Source of the DNA: a virus
Lineage: Duplodnaviria > Caudoviricetes
Direction: 5' to 3' (one strand)
Virus record (IMG/VR): IMGVR_UViG_3300043960_000133
Span: 1-64,000 of that record
Length of the DNA stretch: 64,000 bases
A program made the position numbers and the translations under genes. Positions 1-9,160 of this stretch are shown piece after piece. A model generated the notes under the pieces. The model made no database searches. It saw only the letters and a list, made by a program, of their open reading frames with translations, and was not told the origin of the DNA. Each line of letters opens with the position of its first letter. Within the stretch, counting starts at the first letter, position 1.

Positions 1-330
1 GAAGCTATCAAGACCCCGCTCCGTGACGGCGACTTGGAACGCCCTGGTGATGATGCGTATAAAGACAGCTTCTTCGTCAATGCCAATTCGGCTACCAAGC
101 CGGGCATCGTCGATGCCGACTGCCAGAATATCTTGGAACGCTCTGAAGTCTATTCTGGCGTCTATGGCCGTGCGTCCATCAACTTCTATGCCTTCAACAG
201 CAATGGCAACAAGGGTATTGCCTGCGGCCTGAACAACCTGCAGAAAATCCGTGACGGCGAACCCCTCGGCGGCAAACCCCGTGCAGAAGATGATTTTGCT
301 ACGGCTGACGATGATGATTTCCTGGCATAA
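1..330 (+). CDS. Phage ssDNA-binding protein (DUF2815-like), 5' end outside window
   Basis: Frame open from base 1 (EAIKTPLRDGDLERPGDDAY...YSGVYGRASINFYAFNSNGNKGIACGLNNLQKIRDGEPLGG) with acidic tail DDDDFLA; upstream of DNA pol A. Confidence 0.75.
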   Translation, partial: EAIKTPLRDGDLERPGDDAYKDSFFVNANSATKPGIVDADCQNILERSEVYSGVYGRASINFYAFNSNGNKGIACGLNNLQKIRDGEPLGGKPRAEDDFATADDDDFLA

Positions 331-342
331 GGAGGCGCGATT

Positions 343-534
343 ATGGAAACTGTGATGAGACTGATTCTGGATGGCCTGTACTGCCTGGTTGCACTGTGCG
401 CCGGCGGGTTCTTCGTGGCCATGATCTATACAGATATCAAAAAAGACCAGCGGGATGAAGAAATGGCCCGGCACCGGGAAGAACGGGAAGAAGAATATCA
501 TCGCAAGCAGATGGAATCCTTCCGGAACAAGTAG
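343..534 (+). CDS. Small hypothetical membrane protein
   Basis: SD AAGGAGG upstream; N-terminal hydrophobic helix, charged C-terminus. Confidence 0.55.
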   Translation: METVMRLILDGLYCLVALCAGGFFVAMIYTDIKKDQRDEEMARHREEREEEYHRKQMESFRNK

Positions 535-547
535 TAGTGAATAGCGG

Positions 548-580
548 CGGCGGGGCCTTGTGCCTCGCCGTTTTTTTTTT
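548..580 (+). terminator. Intrinsic terminator-like hairpin before DNA polymerase
   Basis: CGGCGGGGC-CTTGT-GCCTCGCCG followed by 10 T. Confidence 0.65.
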
Positions 581-593
581 CGAGGTGAAGAGT

Positions 594-2582
594 ATGAAAA
601 CCATCAGTATCGATATTGAAACATTCAGCGATGTCAGCCTGGCTAAATGCGGCGTGTACAAATACGCAGAATCGCCAGCCTTTGAACTTCTTCTCTTTGG
701 TTATGCCGTGGACGGTGGCGAGGCACAGGTCGTTGACCTGGCGCGGGGAGAACGCATCCCGGATGATATCCTGGATGCCCTGACCGATGAATCTGTCACT
801 AAGTGGGCGTTCAATGCCAGTTTTGAACGAGTCTGCCTGTCGCGATACCTGCGTGACCTGGGAATGAGCCTGGATCCGTTCCATGACCATCATCCGCTTT
901 CCCGGGATTGTGCCAGGTTCCTCAATCCGACGGGATGGAAATGCTCCATGGTCTGGTCGGCCTACATGGGCCTGCCGCTTTCCCTGGAAGGCGCAGGGGC
1001 CGTGCTGAAGCTGGACAGCCAGAAGATGAAGGAAGGCAAAGACCTGATTCGATATTTCTGCGTTCCCTGCAAGGAAACCAAATCGAATGGCGGCAGGACA
1101 AGAAACCTTCCTCAGCATGACTTAGACAAATGGACCTTGTTCAAGTCCTATAACAAACGGGATGTGGAAGTGGAAATGGCCATCCAGGAGCGCTTGAAGA
1201 AGTATCTCGTACCGCAGCAGGTATGGGATGAATATCATCTCGATCAGGAAATCAACGACCGGGGCATCGCCATTGACCGGACACTGGCTGAAAATGCCAT
1301 CGCCATCGATGCCCGCAGCCGGGACAGCCTGATGGCTGCGCTGAGAGAAAAGACGGGCCTGGAGAATCCGAATTCCGTTATTCAGATGATCGGCTGGCTG
1401 GAACGGCATGGGATGAAGACCGATTCTTTGGGAAAGAAGCAGGTACAGGAACTGCTGAAGACGGCAAAAGAACCGCTGCGCAGTGTACTGCTGCTCCGGC
1501 AGAAGCTGGCCAAATCCTCAGTCAAAAAATACCAGGCCATGGAAATGACGGCCTGCGAGGATAGCCGGGCCAGAGGCATGTTCCAATTCTATGGGGCCAA
1601 CCGGACCGGGCGATTTGCCGGTCGGCACATCCAGCTGCAGAATCTGCCCCAGAACCATCTGCCGGATCTCGCAGAAGCTCGGGAATTGGTACGCCAGGGA
1701 AATTATGAAGCCCTGAACCTTCTGTATGATTCCATCCCCAATGTCCTTTCCCAGCTGATTCGTACGGCCTTTATACCACGGCAAGGTATGAAGTTTGTCG
1801 TATCGGACTTTTCGGCGATTGAAGCCAGGGTGCTGTCGTGGCTGGCAGGAGAAACATGGCGTTCGGATGTCTTTGCCAGGAATGGGGATATCTACTGTGC
1901 TTCGGCCAGCTCCATGTTCGGCGTTCCGGTGGAAAAACATGGTATCAATGGCCATCTTCGGCAGAAAGGGAAAATCGCAGAACTGGCCCTTGGTTATGGC
2001 GGCTCCGTAGGTGCGCTGAAGGCCATGGGAGCCCTGGACATGGGCCTTACAGAAAACGAGCTGTATCCTCTGGTGCAGTCCTGGCGGTCGGCCAATCCGC
2101 ACATCGTCGATTTCTGGTGGCAGGTGGACGCCGCCGTGAAGACAGCCATTAAGGAACGTATCCCCATGCGGATTGGCTTCATCCGCTTCCTGTATCAGAG
2201 CGGCATGCTGTTCATACAGCTCCCCAGCGGACGGCGGCTTTCCTACGTAAAGCCCCGGATAGGCGAGAACCGCTTCGGCGGGGAATCCGTCACCTATGAA
2301 GGCATCGGCGCAACAAAGAAGTGGGAACGGCTCGAAAGCTATGGCCCGAAGTTCGTGGAGAACATCGTCCAGGGCATCAGCCGGGACATCCTCTGCTATG
2401 CCATGCAGACGCTGCGATGCTGCGCCATCGTCGGCCATGTCCATGATGAACTGATTATCGAGTGTCCCAAAGACACTAGCGTCGATGCCATCTGTGAGCA
2501 GATGGGCCGGACGCCGTCGTGGGCTGAAGGGCTATTGCTCCGGGCAGACGGGTATGAGTGCGAATTTTATAAAAAAGATTGA
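594..2582 (+). CDS. Phage DNA polymerase, family A
   Basis: Exo I motif SIDIET, motif A SDFSAIEARVL, motif B RQKGKIAELALGYG, motif C HVHDE; ATG 594 after GAGGTG preferred over 537. Confidence 0.92.
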   Translation: MKTISIDIETFSDVSLAKCGVYKYAESPAFELLLFGYAVDGGEAQVVDLARGERIPDDILDALTDESVTKWAFNASFERVCLSRYLRDLGMSLDPFHDHHPLSRDCARFLNPTGWKCSMVWSAYMGLPLSLEGAGAVLKLDSQKMKEGKDLIRYFCVPCKETKSNGGRTRNLPQHDLDKWTLFKSYNKRDVEVEMAIQERLKKYLVPQQVWDEYHLDQEINDRGIAIDRTLAENAIAIDARSRDSLMAALREKTGLENPNSVIQMIGWLERHGMKTDSLGKKQVQELLKTAKEPLRSVLLLRQKLAKSSVKKYQAMEMTACEDSRARGMFQFYGANRTGRFAGRHIQLQNLPQNHLPDLAEARELVRQGNYEALNLLYDSIPNVLSQLIRTAFIPRQGMKFVVSDFSAIEARVLSWLAGETWRSDVFARNGDIYCASASSMFGVPVEKHGINGHLRQKGKIAELALGYGGSVGALKAMGALDMGLTENELYPLVQSWRSANPHIVDFWWQVDAAVKTAIKERIPMRIGFIRFLYQSGMLFIQLPSGRRLSYVKPRIGENRFGGESVTYEGIGATKKWERLESYGPKFVENIVQGISRDILCYAMQTLRCCAIVGHVHDELIIECPKDTSVDAICEQMGRTPSWAEGLLLRADGYECEFYKKD

Positions 2583-2588
2583 TTTCCC

Positions 2589-2622
2589 GGTACTTAACAT
2601 AGTGATTCCTGTCCTTTCACTA
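2589..2622 (+). promoter_or_regulatory. Bipartite promoter-like motif GGTACTTAAC-N10-CTGTCCT-N3-ACTA upstream of rha
   Basis: Intergenic; identical motif and spacing recur at 8986-9019 (minus strand); resembles ECF-type -35 GGAACTT-N16-TC geometry. Confidence 0.5.
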
Positions 2623-2671
2623 TCAGAGGGAATTTCCTCGGATGTTTATTTTAAGAAAGGCGGGATTCGCT

Positions 2672-3334
2672 ATGAAGTTTTTGATTCCGGAAGATGAATT
2701 TGGCGTGTTTGCTGATCAGAGAGGTGTACCAAGGGTCGACAGCCTGTTTGTTGCAGCGACTTTTGAAAAACAGCATTATAACGTTCTGCGTGATATCGGA
2801 CGAATCACTGCATCCAATTCTGGATTAAGCCCAGAATTCATTGCACTCAATTTTGAGGGCAATACATATCGTGATGCCAGGGGAAGAAAACTGCCACGTT
2901 ACCTACTGACCCGCGATGGGTTCACCATGCTGGTCATGGGCTACACAGGCTCGAAGGCGATGCATTTCAAGGAACTCTATATCCATCGCTTCAATGAGAT
3001 GGAGCAGTGCATCCGGTCGCTCCTGTCTGCCCGGCAGGAATTCCCGATGCTGACGGACATGATCTGCCGCCTGCATGAAAGTCCGAAGCCGTACCACTTC
3101 AGCAATGAATGTGACATGTTGAACCGCATCGTGCTGGGGATGTCTGCCAAGCAGTTCCGGCTGGCCAACGGCATCGAAAAAGGGCAGAGCATCCGGCCTT
3201 ATCTGACTGCACAGCAGATCCATGCTCTGGATCGGCTGCAGCACCTGGATTACGGCCTGCTGTATTCCTGCCCGGATTTCCAGCAGCGCAAGCAGATGCT
3301 CATGACCTATTACAAAACGGAACTGGAGGGATGA
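2672..3334 (+). CDS. rha: Rha family phage regulatory protein
   Basis: VDSLFVAATFEKQHYNVLRDI...YRDARGRKLPRYLLTRDGFTMLVMGYTGSKAMHFKELYIHRFNEME Rha signature. Confidence 0.88.
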   Translation: MKFLIPEDEFGVFADQRGVPRVDSLFVAATFEKQHYNVLRDIGRITASNSGLSPEFIALNFEGNTYRDARGRKLPRYLLTRDGFTMLVMGYTGSKAMHFKELYIHRFNEMEQCIRSLLSARQEFPMLTDMICRLHESPKPYHFSNECDMLNRIVLGMSAKQFRLANGIEKGQSIRPYLTAQQIHALDRLQHLDYGLLYSCPDFQQRKQMLMTYYKTELEG

Positions 3335-3337
3335 ATC

Positions 3338-3559
3338 ATGTTTTACGTAAAAGAACCACTTAAAGATGGTGTCGATGTGACGGTCGAAATCAATGACGAA
3401 AACGTTTTCTGCCGCTGCCCGGTCTGTGGCAGGGAAGTACCTGTCAATCTGAAGAATGTCCTGTCAGACAGTGACGCTGACCTGGTGGGAACGGCAGTAT
3501 TGTGCGATGAATGTGCGGAAGGGTGGATGGAACTGCATGGAAAACAATCCGAAACGTAA
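3338..3559 (+). CDS. Hypothetical phage protein with CxxC...CxxC
   Basis: SD GGAGG; CPVCG and CDEC motifs. Confidence 0.6.
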   Translation: MFYVKEPLKDGVDVTVEINDENVFCRCPVCGREVPVNLKNVLSDSDADLVGTAVLCDECAEGWMELHGKQSET

Positions 3560-3935
3560 TGCAGAGTATTATCCGGACCCGACAGCGTATCAGGCAATCA
3601 GGAACGTGGAACCCCAAAGGTTCCCGTTCATGCCTGTTGTGTACGTGTGTTCGCCCTATACCGGGGATGTAGAAGAAAATATCCGGAAAGCCTGTGCCTA
3701 CTGCCGCTATACGGTAGACCAGGGATGTATCCCTCTGGCACCGCATCTGTATCTACCGCAGTTCCTCGATGAAGAATCGGAACGGGAACTGGCACTCTTT
3801 ATGGATATCGCACTATTGTCCCGCTGCGTCGAACTCTGGGTCTTTGGCGATGTGATTTCGGCGGGAATGGAAAAAGAAATCCAGTACGCCCAAAGAAAAG
3901 GAAAAACAATTCGGTATATTAACGAGGTGAAATAA
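3537..3935 (+). CDS. DUF4406 / nucleoside deoxyribosyltransferase-like phage protein
   Basis: VYVCSPYTGDVEENIRKA...PLAPHLYLPQF...LSRCVELWVFG...SAGMEKEIQYA. Confidence 0.6.
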   Translation: MENNPKRNAEYYPDPTAYQAIRNVEPQRFPFMPVVYVCSPYTGDVEENIRKACAYCRYTVDQGCIPLAPHLYLPQFLDEESERELALFMDIALLSRCVELWVFGDVISAGMEKEIQYAQRKGKTIRYINEVK

Positions 3936-3936
3936 G

Positions 3937-6180
3937 ATGGATTTTACACTTTATAGGTCAGACTTTACTGGCGTGGAAGCGAATTGCCGCTATCCCAGGC
4001 AGCAGAAAATCAGCTGTGCCGAGGACCTGAAGGCGGCAGCCGCTTTCGATCATGTCTGCGTAGCCTTCAAAGATTGTTATCGGAAGCGGGAGAATTTTCT
4101 CTCCGCCGACGTCCTGGTCATGGATTGTGACAACACTCACTCGGAGAATCCTGCTGACTGGATTTCCATGGAAAAGCTCCTGGCCATGCTGCCGAAAGTC
4201 TCGGTGGCCGTCGTGCCATCAAGGAATCACATGAAACCCAAGGACGGGAAGTGTGCCAGACCGCGCTTCCATGCTTATTTCGGGATTCCGGATATTACGG
4301 ATGAACAGCACTATACAGAACTGAAACGGGCAATCCACCGGGCGTATCCCTTCTTCGATGAAGCGGCTCTCGATGCAGCCCGGTTCATCTATGGCTGCCC
4401 TGTCGAGAAAGTATTGTGGCAGGACGGGGAAACGACAATCGACCAGGTACTCAAAGTGGGAGATACCGAGTCACGCAGTATCCCGGCCGGACGCCGGAAC
4501 AGCACCATGAGCCGTTTTGCCGGCCGCGTCATCAAACGTTACGGGGCGACGGAAAAGGCGTACCAGATTTTCCTCGACGAAGCGGAAAAGTGCGACCCGC
4601 CGCTTCCCGACACCGAGCTGAACACTATCTGGGGCAGTGCCGTACGGTTCGGCAAGCGCATCGCAAAGCAGGAAGGTTACGTCAGCCCGGATGAATACAA
4701 CAACGATTTCGGCACCCGGGACTCCTTGCGGCCGGAGGATTATTCGGATGTCGGCCAGGCCAAGGTCATCGCCAGAGAATACGGCAACGAGCTGCGCTAC
4801 ACCGACAGCACGGATTTCATCCGCTACGATGGCATCTGCTGGGAAGAATCGCGGCAGGCAGCGGTCGGTGCAGCGGAAGAATTCCTGGATTTGCAGCTGG
4901 CTGATGCTAATGAACAGTCCGAGCAGGCACTCAAGGAATTAGCAGGGACAGGGATTTCGGAAGATATCATCCGTAAGGGCGGACGGAACCTGGAGAAGAT
5001 GATCGAGGAAAAGCAGACCAAAGCCTACGCCGCCTACCTTGCCGCAGAAGCGTACCGGAAGTTTGTCCTGAAACGCCGCGATATGCGCTATATCCTGTCG
5101 GCCCTGCAGGCATTGAAACCCATGGTCCAGATGCCTATCCAGGCACTGGATGCAGATGAATTCCTGCTGAACACCCCGTCTTATACATATGATCTGCGGA
5201 AAGGGATGCGGGGACGGCAGGAACACCGAGCGACGGACTTCATCACGAAATGTACCTCTGTAGACCCGGGCAGCGAAGGGAACGCTATCTGGAAGCAGGC
5301 CGTCCAGCAGTTCTTTACCGGCGATACGGCGCTCATCGACTACGCCCAGGAAATCAGCGGCCTTATGGCTATCGGCAAAGTCTATGTGGAAGCCCTGGTC
5401 ATCGCGTACGGCGACGGCCGCAACGGCAAGTCGACCTACTGGAATTCCCTGGCCCGCGTCCTTGGCAGCTACTGCGGCGGCATCTCTGCCGATGCCCTGA
5501 CGGCAGGCTGCAAGCGGAACGTCCGTCCGGAAATGGCGGAGCTGAAGGGGAAGCGCATGATCATTGCCGCCGAAATGGAAGAAGGCGTCCGGCTTTCTAC
5601 GTCCATCCTGAAACAGCTCTGCTCAACGGATGAAGTAAGCGGCGAAAAGAAGTATAAGGATCCTTTTAAGTTCGTACCGACACACACGCTGGTTCTCTAC
5701 ACGAACCACCTGCCCAGGGTGGGGGCTAATGACGAAGGGACATGGCGGCGTCTTATCGTCATGCCCTTCAAGGCCCAGTTCGAAGGGAAGAGCGACATCA
5801 AGAACTACGCAGACTACCTGGTGGAGAAAGCCGGTCCTGCCATCCTGCAGTGGATTATCGAAGGGGCGGAGAGGGTCATTGCCAAGAACTATCACCTGGA
5901 TACGCCTGATTGCGTCGCATCTGCCATCAATGAATACCGCGGGCAGAATGACTGGCTTCGGCATTTCCTGGATGACTGCTGTGAAGAAGATGCCTCTTTC
6001 AGCGAGAAGTCCGGGGAACTTTATACGGCCTATCGGCTGTACTGCCAGCAGATGAACGAGTATACCCGCAGTACGACGGATTTTTACGGAGCATTAGAGA
6101 AAACTGGGTTTGACAGGCGTAAGCGGAAAGCCGGGTATTTCATTTATGGGCTGAAGCTGAAAGTCACAGATTTCCTGTAA
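3937..6180 (+). CDS. Phage primase-helicase (P4/D5 family, PriCT domain)
   Basis: N-terminal primase motifs (DCDN, RFHAYF), PriCT-like IPAGRRNSTM, Walker A GDGRNGKSTY, SF3 motif TNHLP. Confidence 0.9.
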   Translation: MDFTLYRSDFTGVEANCRYPRQQKISCAEDLKAAAAFDHVCVAFKDCYRKRENFLSADVLVMDCDNTHSENPADWISMEKLLAMLPKVSVAVVPSRNHMKPKDGKCARPRFHAYFGIPDITDEQHYTELKRAIHRAYPFFDEAALDAARFIYGCPVEKVLWQDGETTIDQVLKVGDTESRSIPAGRRNSTMSRFAGRVIKRYGATEKAYQIFLDEAEKCDPPLPDTELNTIWGSAVRFGKRIAKQEGYVSPDEYNNDFGTRDSLRPEDYSDVGQAKVIAREYGNELRYTDSTDFIRYDGICWEESRQAAVGAAEEFLDLQLADANEQSEQALKELAGTGISEDIIRKGGRNLEKMIEEKQTKAYAAYLAAEAYRKFVLKRRDMRYILSALQALKPMVQMPIQALDADEFLLNTPSYTYDLRKGMRGRQEHRATDFITKCTSVDPGSEGNAIWKQAVQQFFTGDTALIDYAQEISGLMAIGKVYVEALVIAYGDGRNGKSTYWNSLARVLGSYCGGISADALTAGCKRNVRPEMAELKGKRMIIAAEMEEGVRLSTSILKQLCSTDEVSGEKKYKDPFKFVPTHTLVLYTNHLPRVGANDEGTWRRLIVMPFKAQFEGKSDIKNYADYLVEKAGPAILQWIIEGAERVIAKNYHLDTPDCVASAINEYRGQNDWLRHFLDDCCEEDASFSEKSGELYTAYRLYCQQMNEYTRSTTDFYGALEKTGFDRRKRKAGYFIYGLKLKVTDFL

Positions 6181-6191
6181 GAAAAAGGGAA

Positions 6192-6297
6192 GGGTGCAGG
6201 TCGGTGCAGGTCAATATATAAACCCCCTTTAGGGCTGAAAAATAGAAAAAATGTCTTTAAGGGAAGTTTATGAAACGACCTTCACCGACCTGCACCC
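6192..6297. repeat. 21-bp inverted repeat flanking an AT-rich core; candidate replication origin of outer phage
   Basis: GGGTGCAGGTCGGTGCAGGTC (6192-6212) vs GACCTTCACCGACCTGCACCC (6277-6297), 1 mismatch, directly after primase. Confidence 0.55.
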
Positions 6298-6319
6298 CTA
6301 TAAAAAAGAGGTGAGTAAT

Positions 6320-6628
6320 ATGCGAGAAAAAGTAATTGAACACCACCTGGTGATGGAAACGGAGAAGGCTGGCGGTAAGGCAGTGAAGCTTGTTTCGCCA
6401 TTATTTGCAGGTATGCCGGACCGCTTGATTCTATTGGCTGATGGGAAGATGGGCTTTGTGGAAGTAAAGGCGCCGGGGCAGAAGCCAAGGCCGCTGCAGC
6501 TGAAGCGCCATGCCATGTTGCGACGTCTGGGCTACCAGGTATTCGTCCTGGATGCCATGGAGGATATTCCTGCAGTCCTGAAGGCTATCGCCCACATGCC
6601 TGATGGGAAAGGGGGCGGAGGTGCATGA
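6320..6628 (+). CDS. VRR-NUC domain nuclease
   Basis: MREKVIEHHLV...GMPDRLILL...FVEVKAPGQKPRPLQ; SD GAGGTG. Confidence 0.87.
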   Translation: MREKVIEHHLVMETEKAGGKAVKLVSPLFAGMPDRLILLADGKMGFVEVKAPGQKPRPLQLKRHAMLRRLGYQVFVLDAMEDIPAVLKAIAHMPDGKGGGGA

Positions 6629-7995
6629 AGTTCATGCCGCATGATTATCAGAAATACGCCATCGAATACATCAAGTCCCATCCCATTACAGCCCTGTTCC
6701 TAGACATGGGCCTTGGCAAGACGGTGGCAACGCTGACGGCCATCCGTGACCTCATGTATGATGCCTTTGAAGTTAAGCGGGTGCTGGTGGTAGCTCCGCT
6801 GCGGGTGGCGAGAGACACCTGGCCGGATGAACTCAGGAAGTGGAATCACCTGAAAGAGCTGACCTGCAGTGTGGTCGTGGGAACCGTGGCAGAACGGCGG
6901 CGGGCTTTGCAGCAGGATGCGGATATCTATATCGTGAACCGTGAGAACCTGGCCTGGCTCTATGAGAACAGCCGCCTGGATTTCGATATGGTCGTTCTGG
7001 ACGAGCTGTCGAGTTTCAAGAACCACCAGTCGAAGCGGTTCCGGGCCATGAAGTCCTTGCGTCCCAGAGTGAAACGCATCGTCGGCCTTACGGGAACGCC
7101 CAGCGGCAATGGCCTGATGGATCTCTGGGCCGAGTTCCGCATCCTGGATATGGGAGAGCGGCTGGGGAGATATATCAGCCAGTACCGGAATCTGTACTTC
7201 CAGCCGGATAAGCGCAACGGCATGGTGGTGTATTCCTACAAACCCCTGCCGGGAGCGGAAGAAGCCATCTATCACCAGATTGCCGACATCACCGTGTCCA
7301 TGAAGGCAACAGACTATCTGGAGATGCCGGAGCTGGTGAGCGTAGCGAAAGAAGTCAGACTGAGTGAAAAGGAGAAGGAACGGTATGACGAACTGAAGAA
7401 GTCCCTGGTACTGGAGCTTCCAGGCGGCGAGGTCACCTCTGCCAATGCCGCGTCGCTTACCCTGAAGCTTTCGCAGATGGCGAACGGCGCCATTTACACA
7501 GATGACAAGAACGTCGTGAATATCCATGACCGTAAACTGGAGGCCCTGGAAGACCTAGTAGAAAGTGCCAACGGGAAGTCTGTCCTGGTGGCGTACTGGT
7601 TCAAGCACGATAAGGACCGCATCCGGGAGCGGATGGAAGCCAGGGAACTGAAGGAGCCGCAGGATTTCGCCGACTGGAACGCAGGAAAGATTCCTGTGGC
7701 CCTCATCCATCCGGCCTCTGCCGGACACGGCCTGAACCTGCAACAGGGCGGTTCCATCCTGATCTGGTTTGGCCTGACTTGGAGCCTGGAGCTGTACCAG
7801 CAGACCAACGCCCGGCTCTGGCGGCAGGGGCAGCAAAGCCGCACTGTCATCATACAGCACATCGTAGCCAAGGACACAATTGACGAGCGCATCCTGAACG
7901 TCTTGAAACACAAAGACGGAACCCAGGCGGCGTTGATTGATGCCGTAAAGGCTGACCTGGGCATGATGGAAACAGAAAAAGGGGGTATACTATGA
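6625..7995 (+). CDS. SNF2-family phage helicase
   Basis: DMGLGKT, VLDELSSFK, LTGTP, HPASAGHGLNLQ, RLWRQGQ motifs. Confidence 0.9.
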   Translation: MKFMPHDYQKYAIEYIKSHPITALFLDMGLGKTVATLTAIRDLMYDAFEVKRVLVVAPLRVARDTWPDELRKWNHLKELTCSVVVGTVAERRRALQQDADIYIVNRENLAWLYENSRLDFDMVVLDELSSFKNHQSKRFRAMKSLRPRVKRIVGLTGTPSGNGLMDLWAEFRILDMGERLGRYISQYRNLYFQPDKRNGMVVYSYKPLPGAEEAIYHQIADITVSMKATDYLEMPELVSVAKEVRLSEKEKERYDELKKSLVLELPGGEVTSANAASLTLKLSQMANGAIYTDDKNVVNIHDRKLEALEDLVESANGKSVLVAYWFKHDKDRIRERMEARELKEPQDFADWNAGKIPVALIHPASAGHGLNLQQGGSILIWFGLTWSLELYQQTNARLWRQGQQSRTVIIQHIVAKDTIDERILNVLKHKDGTQAALIDAVKADLGMMETEKGGIL

Positions 7996-8435
7996 AAAAG
8001 GAAACAGAAGAAAAGCGTATGGAAGCCAAGGCGTACCTGGAACAGGCACGGAACATCAACATACAGATAGACAGCAAGCTGGAGCAGGTATCGTCTTTGC
8101 GGCAGCTGGCTATCAAGGTGTCATCGACACTCAGCCCGGTGCCGCTAAGCGGGACACCCAATCCGCACCGTCTGGAAGAAACCATCGCCCGTATGATGGA
8201 TATGGAACAGGAAGTGGATGAAGCCATCGACGTCCTGGTCGAACTCAAGGCAGACATCATGAAGGCTGTCAGCCGAGTGCCAGATGCCCGGGAACGGGTC
8301 GTCTTGGAACTCCGCTACTTGGCCTTTAAAGACTGGGCATCCATTGCCGATACTCTCGGACTTCATATCCGCCAGGTGTACCGGCTGCATGACGAAGCCC
8401 TGAAACACATCGAGATTCCTGGCGAATGTCACTGA
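7992..8435 (+). CDS. RinA/ArpU-like late transcriptional activator
   Basis: Last gene of replication module; C-terminal sigma-region-4-like HTH (ELRYLAFKDWASIADTLGLHIRQVYRLHDEAL). Confidence 0.72.
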   Translation: MKKETEEKRMEAKAYLEQARNINIQIDSKLEQVSSLRQLAIKVSSTLSPVPLSGTPNPHRLEETIARMMDMEQEVDEAIDVLVELKADIMKAVSRVPDARERVVLELRYLAFKDWASIADTLGLHIRQVYRLHDEALKHIEIPGECH

Positions 8436-8488
8436 ATGTCACTAAAGCAGCACTTGATGTCACAGGCTTCTGTAAGATATACTATAAT
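8424..8488 (+). promoter_or_regulatory. Putative late promoter of outer phage with activator boxes
   Basis: Tandem GAATGTCACT x2 (8424-8443), related GATGTCACA (8456-8464), TATAAT at 8483-8488; position after rinA-like gene. Confidence 0.55.
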
Positions 8489-8504
8489 CAGCAAGAAAAG
8501 AATG

Positions 8505-8539
8505 AAGGACCGAGGCTTGAACGCCATCGGTCCTTTTTT
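8505..8539 (+). terminator. Terminator/attenuator hairpin just downstream of late promoter
   Basis: AAGGACCGA...TCGGTCCTT followed by T run. Confidence 0.6.
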
Positions 8540-8540
8540 G

Positions 8541-8559
8541 ATGCCGGGCATGATGTAAA
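8541..8559 (+). repeat. attL core of inner prophage
   Basis: ATGCCGGGCATGATGTAAA matches ATGCCGGAGATGATGTAAA at 46601-46619. Confidence 0.8.
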
Positions 8560-8613
8560 CGGAAATCCGGAAACCCGCGTCCAGTCTAGATTTATAGACC
8601 TGAAAACCCATGA

Positions 8614-8646
8614 AATTGGGCTGGAATTGGGCTGGAATTGGGCAGA
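8614..8646 (+). repeat. Integrase arm-type repeats (left)
   Basis: AATTGGGCTGG x2 + AATTGGGCAGA, 11-bp period; same unit at 46465-46486. Confidence 0.7.
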
Positions 8647-8656
8647 AAAATTCCAT

Positions 8657-8690
8657 AAAAATACCCCGTGTATATTATGCACGGGGTTTT
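8657..8690 (-). terminator. Bidirectional terminator-like hairpin
   Basis: AAAAAT-ACCCCGTG...CACGGGGT-TTT. Confidence 0.6.
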
Positions 8691-8762
8691 AATTTTTATG
8701 CAAAATGGGAAAACGCAGGAAAAACAGGAAAATCCCCGCACCATAAGGCACGGGGATAGGAA

Positions 8763-8966
8763 TTACTGGAAATCGGCAACGGCATCGAGGTATCGGGCTA
8801 TTTCTTCCAGATGTTTTGCACGGTCAGTAAGGTATAGAGCCTCGAATCGCAGGATTTCCTCCTGTTCTTCTTTGGTTTTGGCCTTTGCATAGTCGTTGGC
8901 AAAGGCTTCCATGACCTTTGCTGTGTTGTGCAGGTTGTCGACGAGTTGACCTTGGATCTTCTTCAT
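8763..8966 (-). CDS. Orphan 67-aa helical protein between attL and integrase
   Basis: Strong SD AAGGAGG 9 nt before ATG at 8966; own promoter-like motif and downstream terminator. Confidence 0.65.
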   Translation of the reverse strand: MKKIQGQLVDNLHNTAKVMEAFANDYAKAKTKEEQEEILRFEALYLTDRAKHLEEIARYLDAVADFQ

Positions 8967-8985
8967 GGTTATCATCCTCCTTCAC

Positions 8986-9019
8986 TAGTAATAGGACAGT
9001 AGGATGATAGTTAAGTACC
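8986..9019 (-). promoter_or_regulatory. Second copy of GGTACTTAAC-N10-CTGTCCT-N3-ACTA motif
   Basis: Minus strand reads GGTACTTAAC TATCATCCTA CTGTCCT ATT ACTA, then SD of 8763-8966. Confidence 0.55.
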
Positions 9020-9160
9020 GCTTTTCACATTTTCTCCAATGCCTTTAAACAAAGAATACCCGTAAAGCCAGGTGTTTCTTAACTCTACGGGCTTTTTGCG
9101 TTTGTAGTAACAGTCTGTCAATGCCATACAATGGGTTAAAATGGGAATCCGTGGGGAAAA

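Larger units (their letters stand above)
1..8540 (+). mobile_element. Outer prophage, left part (replication module to late promoter); continues beyond window start
   Basis: Co-directional SSB-DNA pol A-Rha-primase-VRR-NUC-SNF2-RinA gene string typical of Firmicutes temperate phages. Confidence 0.9.

Noticed and set aside
498-2444. Long minus-strand ORFs (498-1118, 1518-2444) and similar ones at 6700-7527, 27747-28499, 30103-31071, 59755-60555, 62289-63311
   Set aside because: Antisense shadows of well-supported GC3-rich genes; no SD or recognisable motifs
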